Shown here in pieces: positions 1-13,910 of a stretch of 64,000 nt of DNA (the stretch's first letter is position 1; each line of letters starts with the position of its first letter). A program made the position numbers and the translations under genes. The stretch is taken from contig CP075493.1 in the NCBI GenBank assembly GCA_021613535.1, positions 16,182,001-16,246,000 of the forward strand, written 5' to 3'. Under the pieces are notes generated by a model. The model was not told the DNA's origin. It saw only the letters and a program-made list of their open reading frames with translations, and made no database searches. The DNA is from Adineta vaga (lineage: Eukaryota; Animalia; Rotifera).

Positions 1-478
1 ATATCATATTGAGTTCGATCTCTAAAATAAAAAAAGAACGTGGTTGATAAAATCTATCGAATAAAGATCGACAACTTACTCAAGAATAGATGAATGTTCA
101 TCGTGAGATACAATACCATCTTGTTCATCACGTTCAATATCATATTGTGTTCGATCTCTAAAAGAAAAAAAAGAACGTGGTTGATAAAATCTATCGAATA
201 AAGATCGACAACTTACTCAAGAATAGATGAATGTTCATCGTGAGATACAATACCATCTTGTTCATCACGTTCAATATCATATTGTGTTCGATCTCTAAAA
301 GAAAAAAAAGAACGTGGTTGATAAAATCTATCGAATAAAGATCGACAACTTACTCAAGAATAGATGAATGTTCATCGTGAGATACAATACCATCTTGTTC
401 ATCACGTTCAATATCATATTGTGTTCGATCTCTAAAATAAAAAAAGAACGTGGTTAATAAAATCCATCTAATAATGTC
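1..478 (-). repeat. ~137-bp tandem repeat whose unit is one exon plus one intron (3.5 copies, runs off window)
   Basis: ATATCATATT recurs at 1, 137, 274 and 411. On the minus strand each unit is an exon (DRTQYDIERDEQDGIVSHDEHSSILE) followed by a GTAAGT...TTTAG intron. Confidence 0.9.
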
Positions 479-950
479 CGACATCTCACTTATCAGTAGA
501 TCGATCTTCATCTTCACATACAATATCCAATGGTTTTTCACTACCAACAGCAGTTTTTTTTGTATCTATAATATCAGTTTGTTCTTTACATTCATAGGCT
601 GTTGTTGATTGATTTTTGTTAAAGCCAAAGTGTGTGAAAATTGGACGTGCTCGAACTAACTTTCCACGTGCACAATAGCTAATTGTTGTGACATCTAACA
701 TTAACATCAATCATATAGATTATTTTTGTATATTGGTTGTGAAATAATTTACTCTTATTCACATTCAGACATGGAATATTCATTGCATGTTGTACTGGAT
801 GATTCAGTCTGTAATAGAAAATTATAAAACTAATATGATTCATTGTTATTTAAATGCTTACTTGATAGAAATCGATTCGACAACTTCTGGAGTGATCTCA
901 TTGTCGTTAAACATATTCAATGAAAACTTTTGTTTTAAGAATAAACAAAT
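1..950 (-). CDS. Multi-exon gene of unknown function with acidic low-complexity repeated exons (partial; start uncertain)
   Basis: Short minus-strand exons with canonical splice sites (for example about 490-700, 752-810, 861-950). Co-oriented with the KDZ and helicase genes. Confidence 0.5.
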
Positions 951-2253
951 CTAGAAATAGTTTGTCGGGATAAGGAAAAATAATTGTTAAATAGCTGTAA
1001 TAATAAAGAATAAATGGTTACAAGGAGGTACTTGATATACAAAAAGAAAGTTGGACATGAAATATTCATCCTTGTTTTAATATCTTCAATGCTCTATAAT
1101 CTTATGCTTCTTTTCCTATCCAACTTTTGCTATGTGGATGTAATTTTCATATAAGGTTTAGAGGTCAATAAAGAATGAACATTAAATTGAAATATATAAT
1201 GAGCCATCTATTGAATTTTTTGATTGGTTCTTATGAAATTTAGAATTATTCGAACGAAAAATAAACAGAATAGAAACACGCGGTAGCTTATTCTTAAAAG
1301 AGATTTTCTATGAATTTAATATAACTTCTTGTGAAAGAAGTAATATTGAAATCTCCGCGAAAACAAAGATAATCATAATGACGAAAATGGTAATGTAATA
1401 CAAACTGATACAAATCAAATACATAAAAGTAAACAAAAGCTATGACGAATAATAATGAGCTTAATTTTCAATTTCGAATCTTCCAGTTATGAAATCCAAT
1501 GAGATGTCTTTATTAGAACAAATGCTGATAAATGATAATAATGTCAAATCATATTTTACAGAAATAATTTCTTTATGACAGGTGTGATATTCTGGTTGTT
1601 TTCATAATTTCAACACATAAATATTAAGTAAAGGATGTCTGTATGCTTGTGTGAAAAATGATATAGCACTCTTCAAATGATGATTTAAATAAGCCAGTGT
1701 TGATTGAGAATAATATCATAGAAAGAATTTTGTAATCAACAGATGCTATACTATAACAATCGTTTCAAATCATAGATGGACAAAAGACACTTTAAATTAT
1801 TCTTTTATTCTGTTACATGGAAAAGATAGGAAAAGATATAAGTAAAAATCATCCAACAATAATGTCAATGTCATACATCAAAAGTAAGACGATATAAGAA
1901 AATAGATAATTAGAGAAATACGAAAAACAAATCTATTGAAGTATATACAAAAATATATAATTGAGGCGATGAGAAAATTATTGCTGCTCTTCGTGGCTTT
2001 GGTCAATTAATTTGCAGATCAAGTTTTCATCGATATTTCGAAATATATTTAACCAAAGACAAAAACTTCATAAAATTTTGATACGAGATCACATATTCAT
2101 AAAATTTTATTCATAAAAATGAGCAATGAAGATATCATATACAATAATAACAATATAGAAAGATAGTTCTAAGAATGTATGAGATATTTCAAGGAAAGAG
2201 ATATCATAAAAATATTTTCTTTATATCCATTATTTTTTGTTTAATAAATTGCT

Positions 2254-4480
2254 TCATAGTAATATTTCATCGTCTAACTCGTCTTCATTGTGTTCCTGCT
2301 GCTTTTCCTGGTTTTGTTGATAACTATCATTTGCCTATGAAGAAGAATAAGTCACTTGTAAACGTATTCAAATACGTTCAATAAACTCTTACCAATATTT
2401 GAGTCCATGGAATTAATTTCGAAGTTGGTAATGGAATATTAGATTTAGGAGCTAAGTGTGGATTATCTGGAAAGATATTTGTATGAAAACAATTCCGTAA
2501 ATGGAAAATAATGCAATAAAAGATGTTTGAATATGGCCATGCAATTGATCGTAATGTAGCTTTAAGTTTTGTAAAATGTGAAAATAATTGTTCGCAAACT
2601 TGTGTATTTTGATTATCAAAAAATAGACGATTATCAGGATGTGAACATGATAAGATGGTTTTACATTGAGGTCGTGTATGATTACGTCTATGAAATCTAT
2701 CAATGCAGTATTTTTTTTGTAATAATTCATCAACATAAGGTGATTGTTGAATTGATACACAATATTGATTCTTCAAATATGCAATAAATGTACATGCTGA
2801 ATCATATGCAGCAGCCGGTGGTAATATTCCTCCTAAATGAAGGTATTTTAATAAATGATAAGTATTACGACGCATTCCTTCAGAACGAACACTTTCATTC
2901 CATCCTATAATCACATTGCAATTTGACACTATAGCCATAAAACCAGCAGTACGTCGTTTATGTTCTCTATCATCTTCATCACGATGAATAGTACATTCAT
3001 CATTTGCTTCGAATACATCTGCAATACGTTCTCGTTCGAGTGCTTGAGCAACTAAAGGATCGTGTGAATCGTTCTTACTTAAAGAATGATTGTAATGATT
3101 TATACAATAGTATTTACATTTGGTCTTATCATTAACTTACAAGAAAAAATACATAGAATCAACAATTCTATTATAAAAAATCTTCTCTGTGCATACCTAA
3201 TTCATTTTTTAATATACTTGATGATGAACGAAGTGGTGGACGAGGACAACCAATCGCCACAGGTCCTAATTCTGGTATTGATTTATCACATGATCCGGTA
3301 TGAGCACATACCAATCGATGAGCCTTCATGTGTGTGTCAAAAACAAAATTGATCATACATGTATCTTTGGCATGACATTCGCATCCTTCAACTTGTCCAT
3401 GACGAGACCAAAATTTAACGAAGAGTTCATAGAAAAACAAACTATTTGCTTCGAAATATAAATCATGTGAAAGACGTTGGATAATATCCGGAATTTGAAT
3501 GGTTTGTAAATTTGTCATAAAGAAAAGATATCGACATATTTCAAACCATGTCCAAGTCTTATATTAAAATAGTCAAAAAATGGCAAAACTATAATAATCA
3601 ATAGTCATGCAAGAAAATTTACCGCTGCAAAAGATTTTGATTGTAATTTATCTTGAGTAGGATCTTGTTTATTAAAATGTCGATTTTGATCAATATCATC
3701 ATTAGTCGCACTTGTATACGATTGAAAATTCGATGCTGCTTGTTGAATAAGATTGGTAAATCCAGTTATCAATATACGTTCATAGATCAAATGATCAAAT
3801 AAATAAATATATTCTTGTTTGAAAATTGCATCTGATACAACGAATCTTTCCCGTGTTCGACGATTGCGCATATGACCATATTTATAAATAATATCACAAC
3901 ACTCATTCTTATAAAGTATACCATTATATACATTGTTACGACCAATAATAATACATATTTCATCAAATTCTGGTTCTTTTAATGTATCTTGACATATGAT
4001 GCATGTTTTAGTTTTTGGAACTAATTGATAAATTTGAAAACGATGAGGTTGTAATTCAAATCTGGTCTGCAACTGTTGTATCGCTAATAATAAACGTTCA
4101 TGTTCATTGCTGAGTAATACCTGTTCAACTAATTCTGGTATACGATTAATTGACATAATGCTTGCCCAAATATTCGCTTGATAATCATTGCCAGTAACTT
4201 CATTAACAATAGCCAAAATAGTTTGTTCTCTCTTCCCAAAATCGCTGACGATATTCATTGGATAAAGTCTAATAAGACGTAAAAATAAAGCTACATGAGA
4301 TGGTGCAATGTATTGAAAAATATTCAATAAGAATTTCTGATTGGATTCTGATATATTCATTTCTAATATTGATATTTGCATACCATCTGAAACTCAGAAT
4401 TATATCTTATCAACTGTTAAAACTGAATTAGAAAGATAAAGAATAAGTTCGATTTCTTCGAGAATAATATCTTCTTTCAT
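2254..4480 (-). CDS. KDZ (Kyakuja-Dileera-Zisupton)-type DDE transposase with upstream Cys cluster, multi-exon
   Basis: Motifs FVFDTHMK...C, GCP, AGFMAIVSNCNVIIGW.ES..SEG, YDSAC, IDRFH..NH...C and NTQVCEQLFS. CxxC...CC cluster in 3605-4381. The last exon ends at TGA 2254; the 5' end is approximate. Confidence 0.75.
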
Positions 4481-4879
4481 TATTATTTATTTAAATAACA
4501 AATACGAATAACCATAGAAATAAATGATCATAGAAACAATAAACATATTTTCAGAATTAGAAATGAAAATACAATACAATTACTTGTTTCTTATAGAATA
4601 AGAAAAAAGAAATCGAACAAATATGAAAGAAGAAAAATAAAGAAACAGTGTTCAGAATGTTTTTTCTCGAAAACGAGAAGTAATTAGACATAGTATATAC
4701 AAACATAAAAGCAAATTGAGCTACAAGATATAACAATGAAAATAATAAAATTAAAATAATACACATATAACAAGTGTAAATGTACATTGGTTCAAATCGA
4801 ATATTCAATACTTAATAGATTAAATAGACATATTATCGACGATTATTTGTGTGGTGAAATATTAAAAAGTAATTTGTCA

Positions 4880-7800
4880 TCATATGTTATCTTCATCAGG
4901 AAAACGTTTCGGTTTTCGTTGTCGTTTAGTTGGTGGTTCATTGGTCGGTTGTTTTTGTCTCTTGGCACCTAAACGTCTTAATTCGTTGTTTGTTCGTTGA
5001 GCAGGAGTCAAATTGGAACGTGGTTGATCAAATGAATCTGTCACTAAAGAAATAATATAACGTTTAGAAGAAAACAGATGACTTTATTTTACCATCATCG
5101 TTTGATACTGTAGTTAAAGCCACTACCACAGAACTAATTTTTTGTTCTGGACATTTAACTTTGTCTTGAAAATACACGCTGATTTCTCCTTCTATAATTT
5201 TATCATACCAGTGACGATTTAATAACCAGTTGTGATGTGCTGTATTAAATATATTATTAACAATTGAACTTGGTGTTGATGATGTTTCATTGTTCAAAAC
5301 TTTATCAACATATTCATCTAATCCAATTCCAACTTTTGTTCGAAGTTTTGTTTCAAAAGAAGATGCTTCTGATGCGGATGTAGAAATAGGAAACATCTTT
5401 AAATAGCCAATTTCGAATTTAATTTTCTTTTTAGTTGGAATATTGGACACAAATAAATTGTCGATTGGTGTAATCAATTTACTTTGTTTTAAATAAGCAA
5501 TGACACGATTTTTTGTTTCAGCATTATTATATAGTCGAGTTACATCTGTTTTTGTAAATGCAATGAATGGTTTTAACATAAATTTCTTCGACAAAGCAAT
5601 AAGTTCTAATTAACAAAAGATAAACATAAGACATCATATAAATGTTCACTGATTTTAAGAAAGATTTTATCCAGTTTAATCTTACCTTTGTTCGAAATTT
5701 CATCTGCATCCTTTGACACATCACTATATTCAGAAGATGTTGTATTTGGAGACGATGTTGTTTTCAAATTTGAATGAAAGTCTAAATATTACTAATAAAT
5801 ATATAAAGAAAGAACGTAGTTGCTTAACTACCATATTCAATAGAATTAGATCCAGCATTACTATGCTGTTCATCATTTTGTTGTTCAATTGCAATCAACG
5901 ATGATGATTCAAGAATTAATTCCTAAAGGAAGATAACCATTTAATATGATGAATTTATTATAAACAGTATAAAACCGAATTTTCTTGTTGTTGTGATTGT
6001 AAACTTGTATCACTATCACGAATATTCATAGAATCATCGACGAAATAATCATATTCAACAGAACTAGACACTAAAGATAATGAACGAAAGTTCATATAAA
6101 GTAAATGTTGTATATATAGTAAAATGCTGCATTACTATTCATATTATAATTCGTAGACATTTCTTCTACAATGACACTGTTGAATGCAGTTGTTAATGAT
6201 TTATTAATATCACATGTTGAACTGTCTAAATAGAAAAGGAAAAAGCAACATTAATAAGGAAAGAAATCTATACTATATTCTTCATTCGTACAAGTTGTAT
6301 GATGGGTGATTTTTTCATCGTTGTTAACGACGTTGTCTTTCTCATTATTATTGACCAATACTAAAATCAGAATTATATATATATATTTGAATTTAAGTGA
6401 AAAAAATGAGCCTACCATCTTCCAATGCATCCCATGTATTCAAACGTTCTTCTGTGATAATACTGTTGATACTGGACATTGAAGCAGTTCGATTACCTAG
6501 TTGAAAATAAAACAAAGTAATTACGGAAATAACATTACTACGGCAACAAAAATCTACCTTTTCCATTCAACGAAACTTGCTCTTTAAGATTGTTCATTGA
6601 ATTATTTTTGTTTGAATGAATATCAGAAAAAAGCTTTGATGCTTCAAGTTGTGTTTGCAGTTCTTGAACATCATCAATAATTAATGAAGTCATATTGACT
6701 TTATCCGATTCAGTTAAATCAATCATCGTTGCATTTGAATTATTACTTCGGTGAGAATCGAGGATTAATGATGTTCTTTCATTCTTTGAAGAATCATTCT
6801 TTTGAGAAATGGCCGGAACACAGAGTTTGTTCAATTGCTTCATAATGTAACGATTATCTTTCATTTCAAAAGCATATACAGGTGATAAAGTAAATGTTTG
6901 TGTTTCAGGATCGATACCGATTAGACCATTACGTAAGCCAGGTTTTAAAATTTCTTGAGCAATAGGATCATTGGCATCGCCTAGACGATGAATAATTTCG
7001 ATGAAACCGAATAAATTGGAACTAATATAATCAATTGCTGGTTTATCAATCTTCCCTGCTATATCAGTTGTAGAGAAAAGACATTGTTTCCATATTTGTC
7101 GATAATCATTAATATTCAACTTTAATTCGGTAAGTGCTTCAATAGACATATTATTTTGTTGGATTTGAGTAGGCGTAGCCATCACATAACTTGAACGGGT
7201 TCCTTTAATAAAGCGTTCTTTATTTAATGGTTGATAGATCAATTCGTTGTCGACCAAATATTTGATTGCATTCGTCAATCGATCTTTATCATTATGAAAT
7301 TGTCTATAAGTATTGAAGGTAGATAATGAAAAGAAGATAAATTTCGATGAAATTATTGTTAAAGCATCATCGTACATCAATGCACGATCACCACGTTTTT
7401 TTTGAACATTATCATGTGTTTTTTGTACATCATTATGTTTTTTCTGTTCGTCACAACATTTTCCTTGTAAATCACCAATGCTATTATAAATGAAAAATAT
7501 TAGAGGAATAAATTGAATTAAAGCGTACCTTTTGAATGATCGAGATGCTACTGGAGATGTAATGAACTTTTCTTGAATCGATGATAAATCAAATAATTGT
7601 CGAGACACATAGTCAACATGCCCAAAAAATAAATCACCCATAATAGCTGTACTTTTTTCAATGATAAGAATCTTTGTACCATCATCTTTACGTAAATATG
7701 GTGGAAATCGCTTGTCGATAACCTTGTTGACAGCTTCGATGAAATAATTAGAAATAAGATATGGCGTTTTCACCACTTCTGATATTTCAATAAATGGATA

Positions 7801-9320
7801 AACATCATCATCCCATAAAATATCCATAATCGCTCGAAAACGAGCAAAATTACAAATAAAACTAAATTAATATATAATATATTATTTAAAATTCAGAGAA
7901 GACTAAATGTTTACCGAGGAATTTTGGTAGAATTTTTAAAGCTAATGATAGCTTCATGTTCTTCTTTCTCTGTTTCTGTTGCTTCCTTCCATTGATTATA
8001 GACTCGACTGAACATATAATAATGAGCACTTTTGCTATGTTCATAAGAAGAATCACTTTCAGGTTCTTCGAGTTGAATTTCAATTTTTGATGATAAACGA
8101 TGATATTGACGATTGGCAGTAGGTCGTAATCGTTTCCACTTCTCTTCAACGTCCGAATCAATTACATCTGTAAGACAAAGTAGAGAATTTCTATAAACAA
8201 AGTAAAACTACTTTTACTTGATTCTTTTTTTTCGTATTTGTCATAAACATTTTGTCGAGCAATATATTCAATTTTGCCAAGTAAAAAAGATGTTGTATAG
8301 ATATGTTGCAGTGATGGAACCATATTCGATATTACACCACTGGTACCAGAATTCGTTTTGATAGCTTTCATTACCGGACATGGATAATGAGTAAATCGAT
8401 TATGAGCACCACTAACACCATTCGCTCTAAAGGGATAAAAAGATACAGAACATAATGAAATCTTTTTGAAAATTATTTACTCGTAATGCTGTTGTGATAC
8501 TCGTGCATAAGGATCACCAACGCTTGCACCAATAATGGAAGCACGTCTTCCTTCTGGAATATTGTATGACGTAGAAAGAGTTGCTCGATTTTGATGTTTA
8601 GTTCCATCAAACATTTGAATAAGCATATTGACATTTTCAGCAAAACGAGGATCATTATATTGATTACCATAAACACCTAAGTTTGATAATAATGTATCAC
8701 ACTCGGTCGAACATAATAAACGATTTCCATATAATAAACTTCGAAAAACTTGAAGTGCTGTTGACTATAATAAAGAAAAATAAATAAACTAAAAGAAAAT
8801 TTAATACGCAGCTTACATTTGAAACAATAAATGGTTGTTCAAATAATAAATCAATACTTTTATTTGCATGTTGAATATATTCTTGATTTATATCCATTTG
8901 AGACAATGTTCGATTTAATGCATCCATATGTGGAGTTAATGCTGATGATTTTCCACTACCTAAATTATGATAATATATAACTCCAAACGAAGAAATAATA
9001 TTCATGTTAAAATCACCTGATGTACCGATAACATGTCCAAACATATTTGTTCCATCAGAACTACCATTATTCACGTAATGATAATAATATGAATTGCTAT
9101 TTACAGCAGACAAAAAGTGAAGTAATATATACAAATTAAGACCTTTGTCGACGTTGCTATCCGATGACCATGACGAAAGTGTAGCTTTTTCAAAAGAGGA
9201 TAATTCTGTTAACTTATCACATGGATCAAAGATTGCACCGTCCAAGCATAATCGACTTCGAGTTTGCCCTTGCATCAGCATAAAATCCCGTAAACTTGGT
9301 TTTTGTAAACGAGATAACAT
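4880..9320 (-). CDS. Large multi-exon protein with an N-terminal DUF3987 (YfjI)-like P-loop helicase domain and a long C-terminal region
   Basis: Walker A GTSG|SGKSS is rejoined across intron 8960-9016. It is followed by LLCSTECDTLLSNLG, MLIQMFDG...RATLS, ASIIGASVG and GAHNRF, the motif order typical of DUF3987. Many micro-exons lie at 5700-6500. The basic C-terminus PTKRQRKPKRF ends at TGA 4880. Confidence 0.65.
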
Positions 9321-10991
9321 ATTCAACCGATATTTCAGGAACAAAATACTTGATAAGATTTAATTATGGATCAAATATTCAACACCAATGTAAACGAATA
9401 ATAATCAATATCACCACTTTAAAAACAAAAAGATTAATGTTGGTTAGTATTGACCACGTATTCTAAAATTAAAATAACTATTCTGACGACGATACGAAAT
9501 AAACCGAGGAAAAAATTATCACTGATATATGAGAATAAAATTGCGATATTTATACATACCCATAAACAAAGACAATACGCCATCGACGAATATAAAAAAA
9601 AACAAGTCCGACTGAAATTCATAAGAAACACACTTGAATTGATTACCAATAGCGAACGTAAAACAAAGAATCTAAAAGAGACGTCTATATAAAACATCTC
9701 CTTTCTAAAGATATATAGACTAAAGTGCAATATTCACCTCGATAATTCTTTCTTTTCTCCTTCTCGTCCATCACAGCAAACATTCGTCATATAATAAAAT
9801 TTGTACAACCCCTGGAACGAAAAAAAAGCAACTAAATGATATGCACCTAAACAATAAATAGAAATAGAAATAATATACTCAGTATAATAATATCTAAAAA
9901 AATTAAAATGAAGTAAAAAAATTTTAAATCAATATCAATTCAATCTATCCAAATCAAATTGACAAAATGCAACAGAAAAATACTTTCCCTCCGTTCACTA
10001 ACTTGAAAAAAAATGTAGGAATATATATTCAAACACAAAACAAACCTATCCATCATTACTGATATTCCCCAACCTGTACGCATTCCTTAATATATCAAAC
10101 AAAATCAGAGCTTGAAAATCCTCCGACAAAAACAATAATACCTATGTATATCTATATAATTAAAACTAGAACTAAATCTATTCCTACTTCTAGCATGGCA
10201 TACATATCAAATGTGACACTCGGTTTCAACAGAAAATTTTGTTTTCAATTAAAAAAACTTGTTTCAATTGAAAGTAGAACACTTTTGTAAAATAAGTTTT
10301 TCAACCGAAAATTTCGATTAAAACTTCTCAAAATAACGCCATACTGCCGCTCAAAATTCTCACATAAACAGTGATGACAACGCTATATATAATTCAATAT
10401 TGCGATGTACATGAGTATACGAATCAATTCGCAAAAAACACAGAAATAGATGATTTGCAATAGTAATTCTCTATGAGTTGACTTTTACGAATTATAATAT
10501 ATATGGGCATAAAACATTCACATATGACTTATAAAAAAAAGATAGACTTCTCTTCAGAAAACGATATAAAACAGTCAAAGACAGGAATAAATTCAGTTAT
10601 AGTTGTAAGATATAGATAAATATGGTCATTAATTTAAAAATAAGTATAGTTATACTGGAATGTAATCGCAAATATTTGGATTCCAACTTCGAATCATTTA
10701 CTTCACTAATTCAGATATTACATTTGAGTGATTAAAATTCCTAGCCCGTGTGTGAAAAGAAACATCGCCACGGTCATGGTTCCAAACATTTCTCAATTTC
10801 GAAATAAAGGAAAATGAACCTTTCAATAGAACCACATCCAACATAAGCATGTATATTACTATCCCCTATACAACTACACCATCACCTTTGGAAATCCAGA
10901 AAACTTTTGTTAAACGATCCTCAAAGAAAACGAGACACTCACGTTATACTAATACACTCGCCTGCAGGGTCCATTTATCAAAATCCCGCAA

Positions 10992-11119
10992 GGACCCACA
11001 ATGCGCTCCGCAGGAGCGCGTGGGTCCGAGGAAGGAGTAGGCGCCGTGGAGCAGGTTGCAGGAGTCAGCAAGCGCTCCGAAGGAGCGCATGATGGCGCCG
11101 TAAACTTGCTCCAGGCGCC
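10992..11119. other. GC-rich island of nested hairpins with cGNAg triloops
   Basis: GGACCCAC-AAT-GCGCTCC-GCA-GGAGCGC-GTGGGTCC at 10992-11027. GGCGCC.TGGAGCAGGTT...GCGCTCC-GAA-GGAGCGC...AACTTGCTCCA-GGCGCC at 11040-11119. Confidence 0.85.
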
Positions 11120-11321
11120 GCGCAGAAGGCCCGGTACCCTCGAAGCGCAGAGAGAACAAAAGCTCCACCACATTCAAAAGCGGGCAATTCTGAACGCGTT
11201 CTATCTCCACACCTATACACCTACAAGTTAATACAATCCTATCTAATCCCAAATTAACATCGAAACATATGTACATTTATAACGATGACCATCACTAATA
11301 CTAAATCCACAACAAACATAC

Positions 11322-12465
11322 ATACCTATGTATATATATAACTATATCTAAATCCAAATCTATTCCTGCAACTAACATGGGTATCTATGTATATATATAA
11401 GTATATCTAAATCTAAATCCATTCCTGCAACTAACATGGGTATCTATGTATATATATAAGTATATCTAAATCTAAATCTATTCCTGCAACTAACATGGGT
11501 ACCTATTTATATATATCTAAATCTAAATCTAAATCTATTCCTGCAACTAACATGGGTATCTATGTATATATATAAGTATATCTAAATCAAAATCTATTCC
11601 TGCAACTAACATGGGTACCTATGTATATATATATCTAAATCAAAATCTATTCCTGCAACTAACATGGGTATCTATGTATATATATCTAAATCTAAATCCA
11701 TTCCTACAACTAACATGGGTATCTATGTATATATATAAGTATATCTAAATCTAAATCTATTCCTGCAACTAACATGGGTACCTATTTATATATATCTAAA
11801 TCTAAATCTATTCCTACAACTAACATGGGTACCTATGTATATATATATCTAAATCTAAATCTATTCCTGCAACTAACATGGGTACCTATGTATATATATA
11901 TCTAAATCTAAATCTATTCCTACAACTAACATGGGTACCTATGTATATATATAAGTATATCTAAATGTAAATCTATTCCTACAACTAACATGGGTACCTA
12001 TTTATATATATCTAAATCTAAATCTATTCCTACAACTAACATGGGTACCTATGTATATATATATCTAAATCTAAATCTATTCCTACAACTAACATGGGTA
12101 CCTATGTATATATATAAGTATATCTAAATCTAAATCTATTCCTGCAACTAACATGGGTACCTATGTATATCTAAATCTAAATCTAAATCTATTCCTACAA
12201 CTAACATGGTTACCTATTTATATATATCTAAATCTAAATCTATTCCTACAACTAACATGGGTATCTATGTATATATATCTAAATCTAAATCTATTCCTAC
12301 AACTAACATGGGTACCTATTTATATATATCTAAATCTAAATCTATTCCTGCAACTAACATGGGTACCTATGTATATCTAAATCTAAATCTATTCCTGCAA
12401 CTAACATGGGTATCTATGTATATATATAAGTATATCTAAATCTAAATCTAAATCTAAATCTAAAC
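11322..12465. repeat. Minisatellite, about 20 copies of a ~47-62 bp unit
   Basis: Unit ATCTAAATCTAAATCTATTCCTRCAACTAACATGGGTAYCTATKTATATAT(AAGTAT). A diverged single copy lies at about 10141-10198. Confidence 0.95.
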
Positions 12466-12511
12466 GTGTTCCTATAGATACCTGTATTTATATTATAAGT
12501 CGAATTAGGCA

Positions 12512-13685
12512 GCTACTCGATGCACGAGGATATCATACAGCATCTATATTATTAAATGAAACAATATTAGTTAGTGGTGGATGGAATGGTCACTAATCGA
12601 CGATCTTGCCCTATTCTTTCCAGATTCTTATTTTTCTTATTTTTCAGGCAAGATTCTTGTGTTCAGACAAGATTCTTTTCAACAGAAAAGTAAAAGGAAT
12701 CATACAAGAATTTCAAGATAACAAGAATCTTGTCTGAATATCCTGAACAACAAGAATCTGGAAAGAAACACAAGATATTTTAAATTTCTTAGAATTCAGA
12801 CAAGACTCTTATAGTATGAACGAAAAAAAATCCTTGCTACCTTCCCAAGATAAACGGCACGTGATGTATTCTTTGTATATAACATATATAAAGTGATATC
12901 TGAACGTTATTCATTCATTTTCTATTTAATGACTATTACAATTCACTCCAAATATGTACTTTTCTCAGATATAATCTTTCGAGACAACACTATATCTCAA
13001 TTAAATGTAAGTAAAATATTTATTTGATCGACGAAAGAATATGGTAAGTAATGCTATTTCATATTATTTTTCTTAAATAAATTGAATTTATCAAATGTAT
13101 TTCAATATTTTTGTGCTTAATCTTTCTATTTTATTTTATTTTTAGATTTTTCTGTAATTATCTACAAAAAATCTTGTTTAATGAACGATGAAAGTTTCAG
13201 ATGTATCCTGGAAAGATTATATTCTTTTAAAAAGAACAGGTGTTCTTTTTACGAATAAGATGACATATTTTTTTGTATTCTTACCATTTTTTGTGAATGA
13301 CGTGCAAATTTCTAATAAAATAATATAAAAAGATAGTAATAACAATCTATAAAGGCTTTTTAGTTTGATCAGAATCAAACAAGAAAGATAAGGATAACAA
13401 GAAAAGCAAGATGCAGGCAAGAGTTCAAGAAAGCCAAGAATCAGGCAAGAAAGCAAGAGAACAAGAATCTTGTCTGAAAAAATATTCTTGCCTCATCAGA
13501 CAAGATTCGGTCTACAAGAACCTTACCAGAAAAGCAAGATCATATTTTTCAGGCAAGAATCTTGTATGGAAGGAATAGAAAAAGAATCATGTCTGAAGGT
13601 CAAGAAAAACAAGAACCTGGAAAGAACAGGGCAAGATCGTCGATTAGTGGTAGTATTATTCTCAACAGTGCTGAATTGTATTGAT
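12512..13685 (+). pseudogene. C-terminal Kelch repeat fragment, interrupted by a CACTA element, 5' part missing
   Basis: LLDARGYHTASILLNETILVSGGWNG|SIILNSAELY* reads in frame once 12591-13649 and one TSD copy are removed. Confidence 0.8.
12591..13649. mobile_element. Non-autonomous CACTA (EnSpm/CMC) element
   Basis: TIRs CACTAATCGACGATCTTGCCCT... / ...AGGGCAAGATCGTCGATTAGTG, 2-bp TSD GT, and many subterminal CAAGATTCTT/AAGAATCTTG repeats. Confidence 0.9.
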
Positions 13686-13843
13686 ATACTTTGATAAAAA
13701 CATATTTCTTTTTTTTTTTTTTAATAAAATATTATAACTAATTTTCTGATCAATTTATTTATGAATGATCTGAGAAATAAACATTTGCAGAGAAATAAGT
13801 GCCAGTGTTCATATGATACATGAACCAGAGAGCGGCACGGTCA

Positions 13844-13910
13844 GGGGGAAAAGTACGAAATCCCGGAATCCTGAATTTCATCAGATTCCAGGATTCAGTA
13901 CTTTTCTCCT
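13844..13910. repeat. ~67-bp imperfect palindrome, possibly a transposon remnant
   Basis: GGGGAAAAGTAC..AATCCCGGAATCCTGA / TCAGATTCCAGGATT..GTACTTTTCTCC. Confidence 0.65.

Noticed and set aside
10849-11276. Overlapping short ORFs in the GC island as a protein gene
   Set aside because: No recognisable motif. The open frames are explained by GC-rich palindromes.
11322-12465. CRISPR array
   Set aside because: The spacers are not unique, there are no cas genes and the context is eukaryotic. It is a minisatellite, and the ORFs at 12153-12439 are repeat artefacts.
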